Shown in pieces: positions 1 through 12,263 of a stretch of 64,000 nucleotides of DNA. Below the pieces are notes generated by a model, which searched no databases, was not told the DNA's origin, and saw nothing but the letters and a program-made list of their open reading frames with translations. This DNA is from the human T2T-CHM13v2.0 reference genome, Homo sapiens. Each line of letters starts with the position of its first letter. The first letter of the stretch is position 1. Where the stretch lies: assembly GCF_009914755.1 (NCBI RefSeq), contig NC_060925.1. One strand, 5' to 3'. The position numbers and the translations under genes are program-made.

Positions 1-1028
1 TGTTTTTTAAAGCTTGGAGTAAATAACTTTGTATATTCTAATACTCTGAAATCTAACACATACTAAATTAATTTTGTAGCATTTTCCAATTTACAAGACC
101 CTTTCACATGTTTTCATGTTTAATGTGAAGATATTGTGGTAGACAGGAAGAACATGGGTTAACTCCATCCTACATGGGTTTGGGCCCAGGGAAAATTGAA
201 TAAGAAGTTACAGGTAAGTAGGAAGGTGAAAATGGGATTTGGACAAAGAAAAGATGTCACAGGCAGGTTTTAGAAGACTTTTGGAAAAAAAAAAAGATCA
301 GGGTACAGCTGCAGGTTGGGTGTGTATATATGTGTGTTGGATCATGGGAAAGAGTATGTAGATGAGCTGACTAACTGGAGAACACATTTATGTTGTTAAT
401 TTGCTGTATGCTGTGAATGGAACACTTGGCATTGCTCAAGAGGCTGCAGTGAAAATGTAGGCTACCTCTTATTTTTGGATGCTAGTCTGATTTTTCTTAA
501 TAATTATACTATAACAAAGGGGATTACAGATTGAATAGCTTGTATAAAGGTGATATAAACAATAAATTACTTGTAGCACACATCAAAAACTAATTGCTAC
601 ACACTAAATGTATTTCTTCATAGTCAAGAACCCCAGACATCTTCTAGGTCCAATATTTCTTAAGAATCAGTATTCTTTTAAGTCCAATCAGAATGTCTAC
701 TTTCTATGCTAAATGGAATATATAATACAAGTAAAATTCTAATTTGTGAATAGTGAACACAAATCAATAATACTGAATAATACAGCTTTAAAAATTCTAC
801 CATAATAGGTGTATCTTAAGTGGTAACTTTCTTTTTCACTAAAAATTAGTGTTTGCATTTGAAAAACAAATATGTATGATAAAGAATTAGCTCTGTTATT
901 AGTATTTTTCCTTAAACAGTGTATGGTCTAGATCTATTCAGCTTCAAAGAAAGTGCACTCTCTTCCACACTAAATCATAATAGCAGATCAGTTTGTAATA
1001 CGGGTTATACAAATGATGTATATTATAT

Positions 1029-2301
1029 TGATGGCAGTGGCTGCTGCCATCACGCCAGCTGCGGCAGGAAGGTGCAGCTGCAGCAGGGAAGCGCGGCTGG
1101 GGATGCACACTCTGTGGAGCTGGTGGGAGCTCTGCCCCTTCTGAGTTGGGGCAGGAGCCTGCTCAAACCATGGTTGCAGACCCCGGTTTCCTGCTCTACG
1201 GAATCGGCAGGAGCCCCGCCCTCCTGGGCAGAGCTACAGCCACCCAAACTGCAACTGTGGGTGTGAGCCTCCTTGTGCTCCTGGAGGGGTCCAGGAGCAG
1301 GCAGGATGTCCCCTCCTGGGTGCAGCTGCAGTTGGCAGGCCTGTGGCTGCAGACCTGGGCCTCCCATTCCGCTGAGCTGGCAGGAGCCAGGGAGAAGCAG
1401 GAAACCCACTCCTTCTGAGTTGTGAGGTGGGAGCGCCCCAGGTACAGCAGGTGCAGGACCTGGGCATCTTTGCAGCATACATCCTCCAGGGCTTGGGAAG
1501 GTCCACACAACCTTCCTCCCTACATCCTTGCTGGCTCAGGGATGTCTGCTTCTGCTGCCTGGCTTCTCTCCTCTCCCACACCTGCTCCAATCTTGGAATG
1601 GGTTGGGGCCTGGGGTCATGAATGGCAGTGGGAGGCAGATTGATTCCTGGGTGGAAGTGGGGGTAGGTCCCCAGTAAGGCCCCACCTTCAGGACAGGGAG
1701 GGCCTGAAGGCTGGGGGCCTGGCTGCCAGTTCCATGGACCAGAGTGGGAACTCGGACCAGAGTGGGAACTTGTGGTGCCTTTTCCAACCTGTTCATGGGC
1801 AGCCATGGGCCAATTGGTACACACTCCCTCCCCTTTGAGGTCCATAAAAGCCCTGGGCTTAGCCAGAGCAGGGCAGAGGATGCCCAGAGGATGAAGAGGG
1901 CAGAGAGACTACCTGCCAATCAGCTACAGAGAGGACCTACCCTCTCTGCTGATAGCTAGAGATGAGGGAACAACCAGTTACAGAGAGGAACTACCCGTTC
2001 TGCTGAGAGCTGCAGACATCAGGAAGACCAGTTGCAGAGAAGAGCTACCCTCTCTAGGGCCTCTTCTCTGCTGAGAACTGAACACTCAATGGATGACCTT
2101 CCTACAGAGAGGAGCTACCCATTCCAGGTCTCCTCCGAGCTATTAACACTCAATAAAGCTCATCTTCATCTTGTTCACCCTTCACTTGTCTGTGTACCTC
2201 ATTCTTTCTGGATGCAGGACAAGAACACGGGCAAAAGTGCCATGGCCACAGAAGTCAGAGGTTTCCAGCCAGAAAATTGACACCCCAGAGATCCCATAAC
2301 A
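1029..2301 (+). mobile_element. Solo LTR, MER52-family (ERV1 class; length fits MER52C)
   Basis: Starts TGATGGCAGTGG and ends GATCCCATAACA (TG...CA). Perfect 4-bp TSD ATAT (1025-1028 / 2302-2305). GC-rich, with CATAAAA TATA-like box ~1843, AATAAA ~2152 and internal CAGAGAGGA-CTACCC repeats. Confidence 0.88.
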
Positions 2302-2700
2302 ATATGATCATAAGAAAATGTATTCATAGAAATTAGTGTAATTGCATATAGCTGAAAAGTTTATGACAAAATGTTACTTATATGAGTGACACCAGCAAAA
2401 TGGTGGACTATGAAGCTCTAGGCTCTCATTCCCCCTGAAAACATCAAATGCACAATAGGTTGGCTGAAACAGCTTTGTGTGAGCTCTAGAAACCAGGTGA
2501 GAATCTGTAGAAACAAAGTGGATGCCCAACCAAGAAAAAGTCATACTGAAATGGTAGAAAATTGTTAAATTTTGCTCACTTTTGCCCTAGTTCCTCCATG
2601 GTCTGGTAGAGCAGTCAGAAGGAGGAAGCCACCCAATTCCCAGTTTCTCCCTTGGGACAGAGGAAGATTAAACTATTTTTAACATTCTGGATTGTCAGGT

Positions 2701-2727
2701 GGGGTGGTGGGGGCAGGGGGGTGGGGG
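2701..2727 (+). other. Potential G-quadruplex (GGGG TGGT GGGGG CA GGGGGG T GGGGG)
   Basis: Four G-tracts of 4-6 G with loops of 1-4 nt, inside the L1 5' region. Confidence 0.6.
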
Positions 2728-4050
2728 CTACTATCCAAGAAACCATTTGTCTTACTTGACTTGGAACTCCCATGGGAACAGTTTGCACAGTTTGAATATG
2801 AGGTTGGAGGGTGAAAGCAGTGGTCAGTGCCATGGCACCTGATTGGTGCAGAGACTGCAGACCTGTAGGTTCTTGGGGGACAGAGGTTATGGGCAGAGAA
2901 ATACAGTAGAACTTTCAAGGCCTTGAGAAGAAGCAGAGAGGAGACTCTTACAGAAATGAAGACATTTAAAAGTAGCCATTGATATGGGGAATTAGGAAGG
3001 AAAAGCACACGCACGGATCCAAGAAAGTTAAATTCCCTGGAAAGACCTGAGAAGACACTTAGTCATCACCCTAGGCTGGCTGACCAGTGAAGGTCTTCCC
3101 CTACAGAGAGCCAGTGTGAAAAAGGTTGAAAAGATAGCTATTTTTGTTCTAAATACCCAATTTTCAAAAAAAGACTACAATGGATATAAAGAAACAGGAA
3201 AACAGACCTTTCAAGAAAAAAATCTTTAGAAACTGACTCTAAAGAAACAGTGTTTAAACTTACTTGACAAAGACTAAGATAACTGTCTTAAATATGCTCA
3301 AAGAGCTAACAGGAGACAGACAACTAAAGGAAACAAAACTATGTATAAACAAACAGAATGGCAACAAAAAAGTTAAAGTTACAAAAAATGGCCAAAAACA
3401 CACCCCCCCCCCCAAAAAAAACCCTGGAACTTAAAAACACAGTAACTGAATTGAAAAATTCATGGAGTTGTTCAATAGTAGACAGGCAGGAGAACTAGTA
3501 GATTTGAAGACAGGTCATTTGAGATTATCAAGTCTGAGGAGCAAAAAGAAAAAAGAAAAATGAACCAACTCTAAGGGCACTGTAAGATATCACTAAGCAC
3601 CTAAAGGAATTCAATTACCATTAGATCTGCCCTGTAAGAAATGATAAAGGGTTAAGTTGAAATGAAAAGACACTACTAGCCAGTACCTCAAAGCCATGTG
3701 AAAATACAAAGTTCTTCAGTAAAAGTAAATACATGGAGAAACAAAAACCTGTATTATTAAAATTTGGGTTTGTAGCTCAATTTTCAATTCTTTTATCAAA
3801 TTTAATAGATGCTAATATAAATGATTATTAATCTTATGTTAATGGGTATATAATATATAAAGATGTAATTTGTGATATCAATAACAAAGTACAGGCATGA
3901 GGAGTTGTAAAGGAGTAGAGTTTTTGTATGTGATTAAAATTAAGTTGGTTTGAGTTTAAAATATGTTGTTATAACTTTAGGATGTTAGATATACCATAAT
4001 CTCCACAATAACTGTATATAGAATATAGAAGAAAGTGAGAAAGAAATCAA

Positions 4051-4348
4051 GGTCAGGTGCAGTGTCTCATGCCTGGACTCCCAGCACTTTGAGAAGTTGA
4101 GGGAAGAGGATTGCTTGAGTCTAGGAGTCCAAGACCAGCCTGGGCAACATAGTAAGACTTCATCTCTACAAAATGTAAGAAAACATGAGCTGTGTGTGGT
4201 GTCACACCTGTAGTCCAAGCTACTCAGGAGTCTAAGGTAGGGAGGGTTGCTTGGGCCCAGGAGGTCAAAGCTACAGTGAGCTCTGATCATGCCACTGTAC
4301 CTCAGTCTGGGTGACAGAGGGAGAACCTATCTCAAAAAAAAAAAAAAA
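4051..4348 (+). mobile_element. AluJ SINE inserted in L1M
   Basis: Dimeric Alu with J-type GAGGATTGCTTGAG.C.AGGAG and GCTACAGTGAGC..TGATCATGCC; A tail; highly diverged. Confidence 0.9.
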
Positions 4349-6254
4349 TTACAAAACTCAGGTAAACACAAAGGCAGGTAGTAAAGGAAGAAATTAGGGT
4401 TATAAAAAGCTATAAGACATACAGGAAAAATGCCAAAATGGTAATAGTAAGTCCTTCTCTATAAGTAATTACTTTAAATGTAAATAGATTAAATTCTCCA
4501 AAGGATAGAAATTGGCAGAATTAATTTTAAAGAGACAAACAGGATCCAAGTAAATGCCGTGTAAATGAAATTCACTTTAGGATATACAAGTATAGGTTGA
4601 AAATTAGAAGATAGAAAGTTATTACACGCAAGTAGTAACCAGAAGAGAGCAAGATTGGCTATGTTAATACCAGACAAAATGTACGATGGTCAAAAACTGC
4701 TAAAAGACAAAAACATTAAACAATGATAAAAGGGGAAGTTCATTAAGATAGAATAATTCTAAACAAATGTACCAAACATCAGAGTTCTTAAATATATGAA
4801 GCAAACATTGACAGAATTGAAGGGAGTAATAGCTTTACAATTATAGTAGGAGATGTCAATATCTCACTTTTGATAATAGAACTATCATACAGAAGACCAG
4901 TAAGATAATAGAAAACTTGGACAACATGTAGGCCAATTGGACCTAACCAACATATACGTTCTACCCAAAAGCAAGTTGTACGTTTTTCTCAGGTACACAT
5001 AGAACTTTCTAATTCTCCAGAATAGACAGTAAGTTAGGCCACAAAATAAGTCTTCAATAAGTTTGAGACAAATCTCTTACATATAAGGTATCTTTTCCAA
5101 TCACAAAGGAATAAAACTAGAAGAAGGAAGGAACATTGAATATCAGCATGCAGAAGAATTGAGTTTGGATACTTACACTATACGTAAGAATTAACCCAAA
5201 ATGGCTCAAAGACCTAAACACAGAAACTAAAGTTGTAAAACATAGGGTAAAAGCTTCATAACACTGGATTAGGTAACGTTTTATTGGATATAACACCAAA
5301 AACACAGGCAACAAATATAAAGATAGATTGGACTGTATCAGAATTAAAAACTTGCGAGCACCAAAGGACTTAATCGTCAGAATAAAAAGGCAACTCATGG
5401 CATGGGAAGACATTTGAAAATCATATCTGATAAAGGGCTAATATGTAGAATATATAAAGAGCTCTTACATCTCAGTACCCTATTCAAAAATGGGCAAAGA
5501 CTTGAATAAACATTTCCTTAAAGATTCATGAATGGCCAATAAGCACATGAAAAGATGCTCAACATCACTTATAATCTGGGAAATGCAAATCAATCACAAT
5601 GAGATGCCATTTCATATCCTCTAGAATTACTACTATGAAAAAATGACAAATAGTAAGTGTTAAGTGTTAACAAGTGGTAAGAGTTTAGAAAAACTGGAAC
5701 CATGTGCACTATTAGTAGGAATGTCAATGGTACAGCCACTATGAGAAACAGTATGGATATTCAAAAAATAGAAAGGTAATATGATCTAGCAATTCCACTC
5801 ATGGGTATATGCCCAAAAGAATTAAAAGCATGGTCTTGAAGAGATATTTGTGTACCCATGGTCATGGCAACATATTCACAATAGCCAAAAGGTGGAAGCA
5901 ACCCAAGTATTTGTTGATAGGTAAACAAATAAAAAAGTATGTATATAATATTATTCAGCCTTAAGAAAGTAGGAAATTGATACTTGCTACAATCTGAATG
6001 TATTTTGGAGATAAGTGAAATAAGACAGTCAGAAAAGGATAAAAAATTGTATGATTTTACTTATGAGGTAGAGTAGTTAAACTCAGAAAGTAGAATGGAT
6101 GCTATGGGCTGGAGGGAGAGGGAACTGGCAGCTATAATTTAATAGGTACAGAGTTTCAGTCTTTCAATATGAAAAATGTTCCAGGGATGAATGGTGGCAA
6201 TGGTAGAACAATGCAAATGTACTTAGTGTCACTGAACACTATACTTAAAATTTT

Positions 6255-8373
6255 CTTTTGAGAAGCATCTGTTCATGTCCTTTGCTCATATTTTTGACTA
6301 GATGTTTGTTGTTTAAGTTCCTTGTAGATTCTGGATATTAGACCTTTGTCAAATGCATAGTTTGAATATTTTCTCCTATTTTGTAGGCTGTTTACTCTAT
6401 TGGTAATTTCTTTTCTCTCTTTTTTTTTTTTTTTTTTTTTTTTTTGAGATCGAGTCTCGCTCTGTCACCCAGGCTGGAGTGCAGTGGCGTGCTCTTGGCT
6501 TACTGTAACCTCTGCCTCCTGGGTTCAAGTGATTCTCCTGCCTCAGCCTCCTGAGTAGCTGGGATTACAGGTGTGTACCACCATGCCCAGCTAATTTTTG
6601 TATTTTTAGTAGACACAGGGTTTCACCATGTTGGTCAGGCTGGTCTCAAACTCCTGTCATTGTAATCTACCTGTCTTGGCCTCCCAAAGTGCTGGGATTA
6701 AAGGTGTGAGCCACTGTGCCTGGACGAATTTTTTTTTTTTTTTTTTTTTTTTGCTGTGCAGAAGGTCTTTAATTAGGTCCCACTTGCCAATTTTTGTTTT
6801 GTTGCAATTGCTTTTGGGGACATAGTCATAAATTCTTTGCCAAAGCCTATGTTGAGAAGGGCATTTCCTAGGTTTTCTCCCAGGATTTATAGTTTGAGGT
6901 CTTGTGTTAAATCTCTGATCCATCTTAAGTTGATTTTTGTATACAGTGAGAGGTAGGGGTCCAGTTTCATTCTTTGTCATATGGCTAGCCAGTTTTCCCA
7001 GAACCATTTACCAAATAGGGAGTCCTTTCCTGCATTGTTTTTGATTTTGTCAAATACCAGGTGGCAGTAAGTATGTGGGTTTATTTCTAGGTTCTCTATT
7101 CTGGTCAACTGGTTTATGTGTCTTTTGTACAAGAACCATGCTGTTTTGATTACTGTAGTTTTATAGTATAGTGTGAAGTTGGGCAATGTGATGCCTCTGG
7201 CTTTGTTCTTTCTGCTTAGGATTGCTTTGGCTATTTGAGCTGTTTTTGAGTCCAGGGGAATTTTAGGATTGGTTTTTCTAATTCTCTGGAAACCGTCATT
7301 GATATTTTGATAGGGATTTTGTTGAATCTGTAAGTTGCTTTGGACAGCATGGCCATTTTAACTATTAATTCTTCTAATCTGTGAGCATGAAATATTTTTC
7401 CATTTATTTACGTCATCTGATTTTTTTCAGCAGTGTTTTGTAGTTCTCCTTGTAGAGATCTTTCACCAACTTGGTTAGATGAATGCCTAGGTATTTCATT
7501 TTCTTTGTGGCTATTGTAAATGAGATTGTGTTCTTGATTGTTTCTCAGCTAGAACGTTGTGTGTATAAATGTTGATTTTTGTATATCGATGTAGAAGACA
7601 TAGAATCCAACAAACGTGTACAAAAGTGTTTAACATAACTAATCAGAGAAATGCAAATCAAAACCACAATGAGATACTATCTCACACTAGTCAGAATGGC
7701 GATTAAAAAAACACTGGCAAGGCTGCAGAGAAAAGGGAGTGCTTATAAACTGTTGGTAGGAATGAAAACTAGTTCAGCCACTGTGGAAAACAATTTGGAT
7801 ATTTCTTTTAAGAACTTAAAATAGAACTACCATTGGACCCAGCAATCCTGCTACTGGGCATATATCCAAAGGAAAATAATTCATTCTATCAAAAAGACAC
7901 ACACACCCGTATGTTCACTGCAGCACTGTTTACAATAGCAAAGACATGGAATCAAACTTAGTTGCCCATCACAGTGGATTGGATAAATAAAATGTGGTAC
8001 ATATACACATTGGAATACTATGCAGCCATAAAAAATGAAATCATGTCTTCTGCAGCAATATGGATGGAGCTGGAGGCCATTATCCTAAGTTGACCAAATG
8101 TAAGAACAGAAAATGAAATACTGCATGTTCTCACTTATAAGTGGGAGCTAAACATTGAATACACATGAACATAAAGATGGGAACAATAGACACTGGGGAC
8201 CACTAGTTGGGGAAGGCAAACGGGGTTTTGTGCTGAAGAACCACCTGTTGGGAACTATGCTTACTGCCTCGGTGATGGGATCATTAGAACCACAAGCCTC
8301 AGTGTCACACAATTTACTCATGTAACAAGTTGTCATGTGTACCCTTTAATCTATAACAGTTGAAACTTTAAAA
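6255..8373 (+). mobile_element. 5'-inverted L1 (L1PA15/16-like): inverted ORF2 segment ~6255-7590 (minus), then ORF2 end and 3'UTR ~7591-8373 (plus)
   Basis: Minus-strand ORF2 remnants (ORFs 6977..7186 and 6657..7007, e.g. [16 protein letters not shown]). Plus part AATGCAAATCAAAACCACAATGAGATAC...TTCTCACTTATAAGTGGGAGCTAAAC. Putative TSD ACTTAAAATTTT (6243-6254) / ACTTAACATTTT (8374-8385). Confidence 0.88.
6420..6725 (-). mobile_element. AluS (Sg/Sc-like) inserted in the inverted L1 segment
   Basis: Poly-T followed by reverse-complement Alu body ending GAGCCACTGTGCCTGG. Confidence 0.92.
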
Positions 8374-8385
8374 ACTTAACATTTT

Positions 8386-8445
8386 AACCACTTTTGCATT
8401 ATATATATTTCACCACAATTAAAGTTTTAAAAGTTTAAAAATAAA
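8386..8445 (+). mobile_element. Terminal 3'UTR remnant of the L1MB-like element interrupted at ~6250
   Basis: TTTTGCATTATATATATTTCACCACAATTAAA continues the L1MB 3' end after the nested L1. Confidence 0.6.
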
Positions 8446-8587
8446 AGCAGATTCAGGACATTTCATGAAGTAAAAGTTTTATGAAAAATGTTTATATATG
8501 TATTTGTCCTGTTTTAGCACATATAGAGTGGTAGTTAAGGAGTTTAAGGAAGGGACTCTTCAGAGAAATCTGCAGGATTAAATGAAC

Positions 8588-8725
8588 TGCTAGGTATCAT
8601 CCATTCATTCTTCCAAATCCACTTTCCACCTAGCTTTTGTCTGCCTTATATCCCAAAAGTTGATCAGTAGGGATGACATCAGTCTATCTTCCAGCTCTGG
8701 GTAAGCTTGGCCAGTGGAAACTCTG
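8588..8725 (+). mobile_element. LTR33-like (ERVL) 5' fragment
   Basis: TGCTAGGTATCATCCATTCATTCTTCCAAATCCACTTTCCACC resembles the LTR33 start and the reverse complement of ~23280-23338. Confidence 0.5.
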
Positions 8726-9039
8726 TTCATGATTTTTACATGTTAAGTTATGTCACTGGCCTTTGTAATATTGATGTTTAAGCTCTTTATATAAGTAGAT
8801 AGCCTAAGGAAGTAAATTCCTATGTGTGGAACTTCAGATATGATAGGGCAAAGGTGCTGTGGGAGAGGAATAGATTGCTCTGCAAGATCAGTACAATTTC
8901 TCCACAGGCACACAGACTTCCCTGCCCCCACCCTCTTCGCCCTCTTCCACCTCCCTCCAATCCACCCCAGCAGATCTACTTGGTATAAACTTGCATAGAT
9001 CTTATGATATTTTTGTGATGGGATGGAAAAACTGGAAAG

Positions 9040-9228
9040 TGTACATATTTGGCTTGGAGTCCAGAGATCCCGTTTTGATTTGTCTTCTAACTAGGTAACC
9101 TTGGGAGAGCTATTATGTCTCTTGTAAGTGGCTGAAAATGCCTACTTACATAGGTTATGGGGAAGCTTTCACAGTATGTGAAAGAATCCAGCAGTGTCTA
9201 GTTAAGAAGAAGCATAATAGATGCTAAA
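9040..9228 (+). mobile_element. MIR SINE
   Basis: GGCTTGGAGTCCAGAGA...GTAACCTTGGG...CCTACTTACATAGGTTATG core. Confidence 0.6.
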
Positions 9229-9479
9229 GGTGGAAGGAGGACAAAGGGAATCATCTACAGCATTCTCATTCCTCAAGAACCAAGGAAATATATTTCACTT
9301 CCTCCAAAAGACTTCTCCAGAATCTCCTTTTGACTTAGATGCAAGAGATAATTCCAAGCTAAGCATAATCAAATGCTGCTCTTGCTAATGTAATACTAAT
9401 TTTATTCTATGAATAGCATTTTTCAGTTTTTGTAAACATTTCCATGCTGTTAGCACCCTTGACCCTTCCGTTTGCCCTT

Positions 9480-10285
9480 TATGCCTCATTACAACAGTCA
9501 TTGTTTATTTCAGGGTCTCCTTCTCCTCATTTTAACTGTAGTAGCCTCCTCACTCTGTCTTCCTGTCTCTAGCTCAGCTTGACTAGCTTCACAACTCCTC
9601 CACAGTCTCTAGAAGGAATTGTAACTTCCTATCATGGGAACCCAAGGTCTGTCACAAAAACCTTTTTTTCATTTGCTGAAACCCTTGTATCTGTTATAAC
9701 TGCTGGAGAATATGACCTTTGCCTTGTTTCTGCCTTCCAACTCTCACATGAGTGCGTCTAATTGATGCAAAACTCTGGGGGCAAGGGAATTTGGGAAGTG
9801 TAGTTCCTAGGCTTTCAATCCCTATGATAAAGGGGAAGGCAGAGAGAAGAAGATAGAAATGTGTGCTTGAATGCAACCAAAGCCCCATATTACCTGGCTG
9901 CCCCTTCCTGATGACTGGGCCCCAACATCTTCAGCCTCTCCTCTCACTCATTATTTGCTCTAGTCTCACTGAACATGTGGCTCTTTCCTGGGATGTATCC
10001 TAGCTTGTGCTTTTTCATTGGTGACCCTTTCTTCCTGCAATTGGCCTAGCTCATGTTCACCCCTCCTTTAGGCATTAATTCATACCTCACCTTCTTATAG
10101 AAGCTGTCCTGATCACCCTGTCTGGTTGGGTGCACTTTGCCCATGCTTCCATGTCACCATATATTCACATCATGCCTTATACTCATCTGTTTACTTGTCT
10201 GAACTCCCCAGAGGCTGCAGCTTCTAGAAGTTAGGGATTATATTTCAGTCTTGGTATCTATAACACAATGTCTTTTATTTAGTGC
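9480..10285 (+). mobile_element. L2 3' fragments, interrupted at ~9620-9890 by a probable old MaLR (MLT1-like) fragment
   Basis: CT-rich L2 motifs (AGCCTCCTCACTCTGTCTTCCTGTCTC; CACCTTCTTATAGAAGCTGTCCTGATCACC; TCTGTTTACTTGTCTG). GGGAATTTGGGAAGTGTAGTTC in the insert. Confidence 0.55.
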
Positions 10286-11910
10286 TTATTTATCCACAGG
10301 AAAGAAAAGACATTCAGCAAATAATTATATCACACATACCCACAAGCCAGAAACCATAATTGTCTTATCCATATTTTTATACCCATAAATTATCTACTTC
10401 TAAGATTCACTAGGAGACAAGCAAGTAATGCTCAACCAAAAAGAGAAAAGGCTAGAGTTGGTGTGAGGATTGGGGGCAAATGTGCCACAGATAAGCATGA
10501 GAAGCTGCAAACAACCATGATGTAAAGTCTTCATTTATTTGAAGAAGATCATTGTGATACTTTCTGCCACCAATTATCTTTCCTCTTCCAATTAATGAGT
10601 GAAATGGTCATCTATGGAGCCAGGTTTGTACCCCATTCCACTTCAGTATAATCCTTCCTGCTTCTACCACCAGAAGCAGGGTGGTTATCAGAGACCTCAA
10701 ACTTCTCTTCTGTATCCTTACAAGGAGAAATTCATCTACAAACTGCTTCCACCCCCAGCCATGAGCCAGGCCATTAAAGCACAGGACACAACTCCCCTGG
10801 GTTGACCAGCCCTTCAGGAAACCCCTGCCTCCTTGAGCCTGAAAGCCTTGGGATTTCTGGCCCTGTCAAGGTTAATTAGGGACTCCTGTACAAACGAAGC
10901 CTGCAGTCTATCAAATGTGCAGACGTATGTGGTTGGCAGTGAGTGGGGCTATGGCTTAGCAAGTACTGGAGTCTCATTATGGAGACACATGATCCTTGTG
11001 TGCTTTGCTAGGAGAAAACCAGACCCTATCTTTTTTCTCCCCTTTTCCCTGTGTTTCCAATTGGTCTGTAGCCCTGAGATTGCTCATAGGGAGAGAAAGG
11101 TGAAAGTACATAAAAATTTGATTTTCTTAGATGCAGAATTGTATGTCCAGTTAATGTTTAAAACTTTTAAGGCTTTGGTCTCAGAGACCTAGGCTGGGAG
11201 CAGGAGACATTTATTCAGGTCTTTACACATAAACATGTTTCAGCTCATTCCCCTGCTCTGTGAAGAACACAAGTTGGTTCTTAACCTTTTCTCTCATCGC
11301 AGATCCCTTTGGAAATCTAAAGAAGCCATGGATCCTCAGGAAGTGAATAAGTGCAACTTATGTCTTAGCCACATTAAAACTTCGTTTTTATCTCACTATT
11401 CCTTTACAGTATAAATCACTGGGGACATTTTCCCCCTGTACATAGACGTAAATCCTAACAGATTCTATTTCCCAGGATGTAAGTCCTAACAGATTCCTTC
11501 ACACCTGAATATTATGCCTGTAGTCACTTTATGTTAAAGCATAGGTTTCATTTAGAAGTCAGAATATCCAAGATATTAACCTAAACTCCAAACTTTATTT
11601 ATAGTGTGTTCTTTCTCAGTTTGGGCCTGCTTGTTTGGAAGGCTCAAAAAGGGAAGGAGGGAAGTAAGGTGATAGGAAAGTTCTTACTGGAGCTGGCCTT
11701 ATGTTCTAGTTGTGGAAGATGTTTGGAGTAGACTCCTTTCCTTGTCCTTGGAGCTTTGGAGCTTCTTGCTGGGCACCACCTGAGTCTACAGTATTTGTGA
11801 TGTGGGCCAGGAACATTCTCTTTACATGGCTTCTGGGAGCCTCTTAAGGTCTAGATTTTAGATCCTTGCTCTCAAATTTTCTAGACCTGTGGCAGAAGCT
11901 CTTGGGCAGG

Positions 11911-12263
11911 TGATATGGTTTGGCTGTGTCCCCACCCAAATCTCACTTTGAATGGTAATAATGCCCACACATCAAGGCAGGGCCAGGTGGAGATAATTGA
12001 ATCATGGGGGTTGTTTCTCCCATACTGTTCTCATGGTAGTGAATAAGCCTCATGAGATCTGATGGTTTTGTAAGTGGGAGTTGCCTTGCACAAACTCTTG
12101 CCTGCCACCATGTAAGATGAGCCTTTGCTTCTCCTTTGCCTTCCACCGTGATCGTGAGGCCTCCCCAGCTATGTGGAACTGTGAGTCTATTAAACCTCTT
12201 TCCTTTATGAATTACCCAGCCTTGGGTGTGTCTTTGTTAGCAGCGTGAGAACAGACTAATACA
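11911..12263 (+). mobile_element. THE1 (THE1B/C-type) MaLR solo LTR
   Basis: TGATATGGTTTGGCTGTGTCCCCACCCAAATCTCA...GAGAACAGACTAATACA, 353 bp. Perfect 5-bp TSD GCAGG (11906-11910 / 12264-12268). Confidence 0.96.

Larger units (their letters stand above)
2385..6250 (+). mobile_element. Old L1M (L1MB-like 3' end): 5'UTR, decayed ORF1, ORF2 endonuclease region, internal deletion, ORF2 3' end and 3'UTR
   Basis: A-rich L1 motifs: GTAATTACTTTAAATGTAAATAGATTAAATTCTCCA (ORF2 start ~4465), AATGCAAATCAATCACAATGAGATGCC (~5582), GGTACAGAGTTTCAG...GTCACTGAACACTATACTTAAAA (3'UTR). Many stops and frameshifts. Confidence 0.85.

Noticed and set aside
919-2280. Cluster of overlapping 60-203 aa ORFs
   Set aside because: They lie almost entirely in the GC-rich MER52-type LTR, where stops are scarce. 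They occur on both strands and show no recognisable domain.
10275-10330. Splice-acceptor-like TTTATCCACAG
   Set aside because: Isolated motif with no paired donor or coding signal
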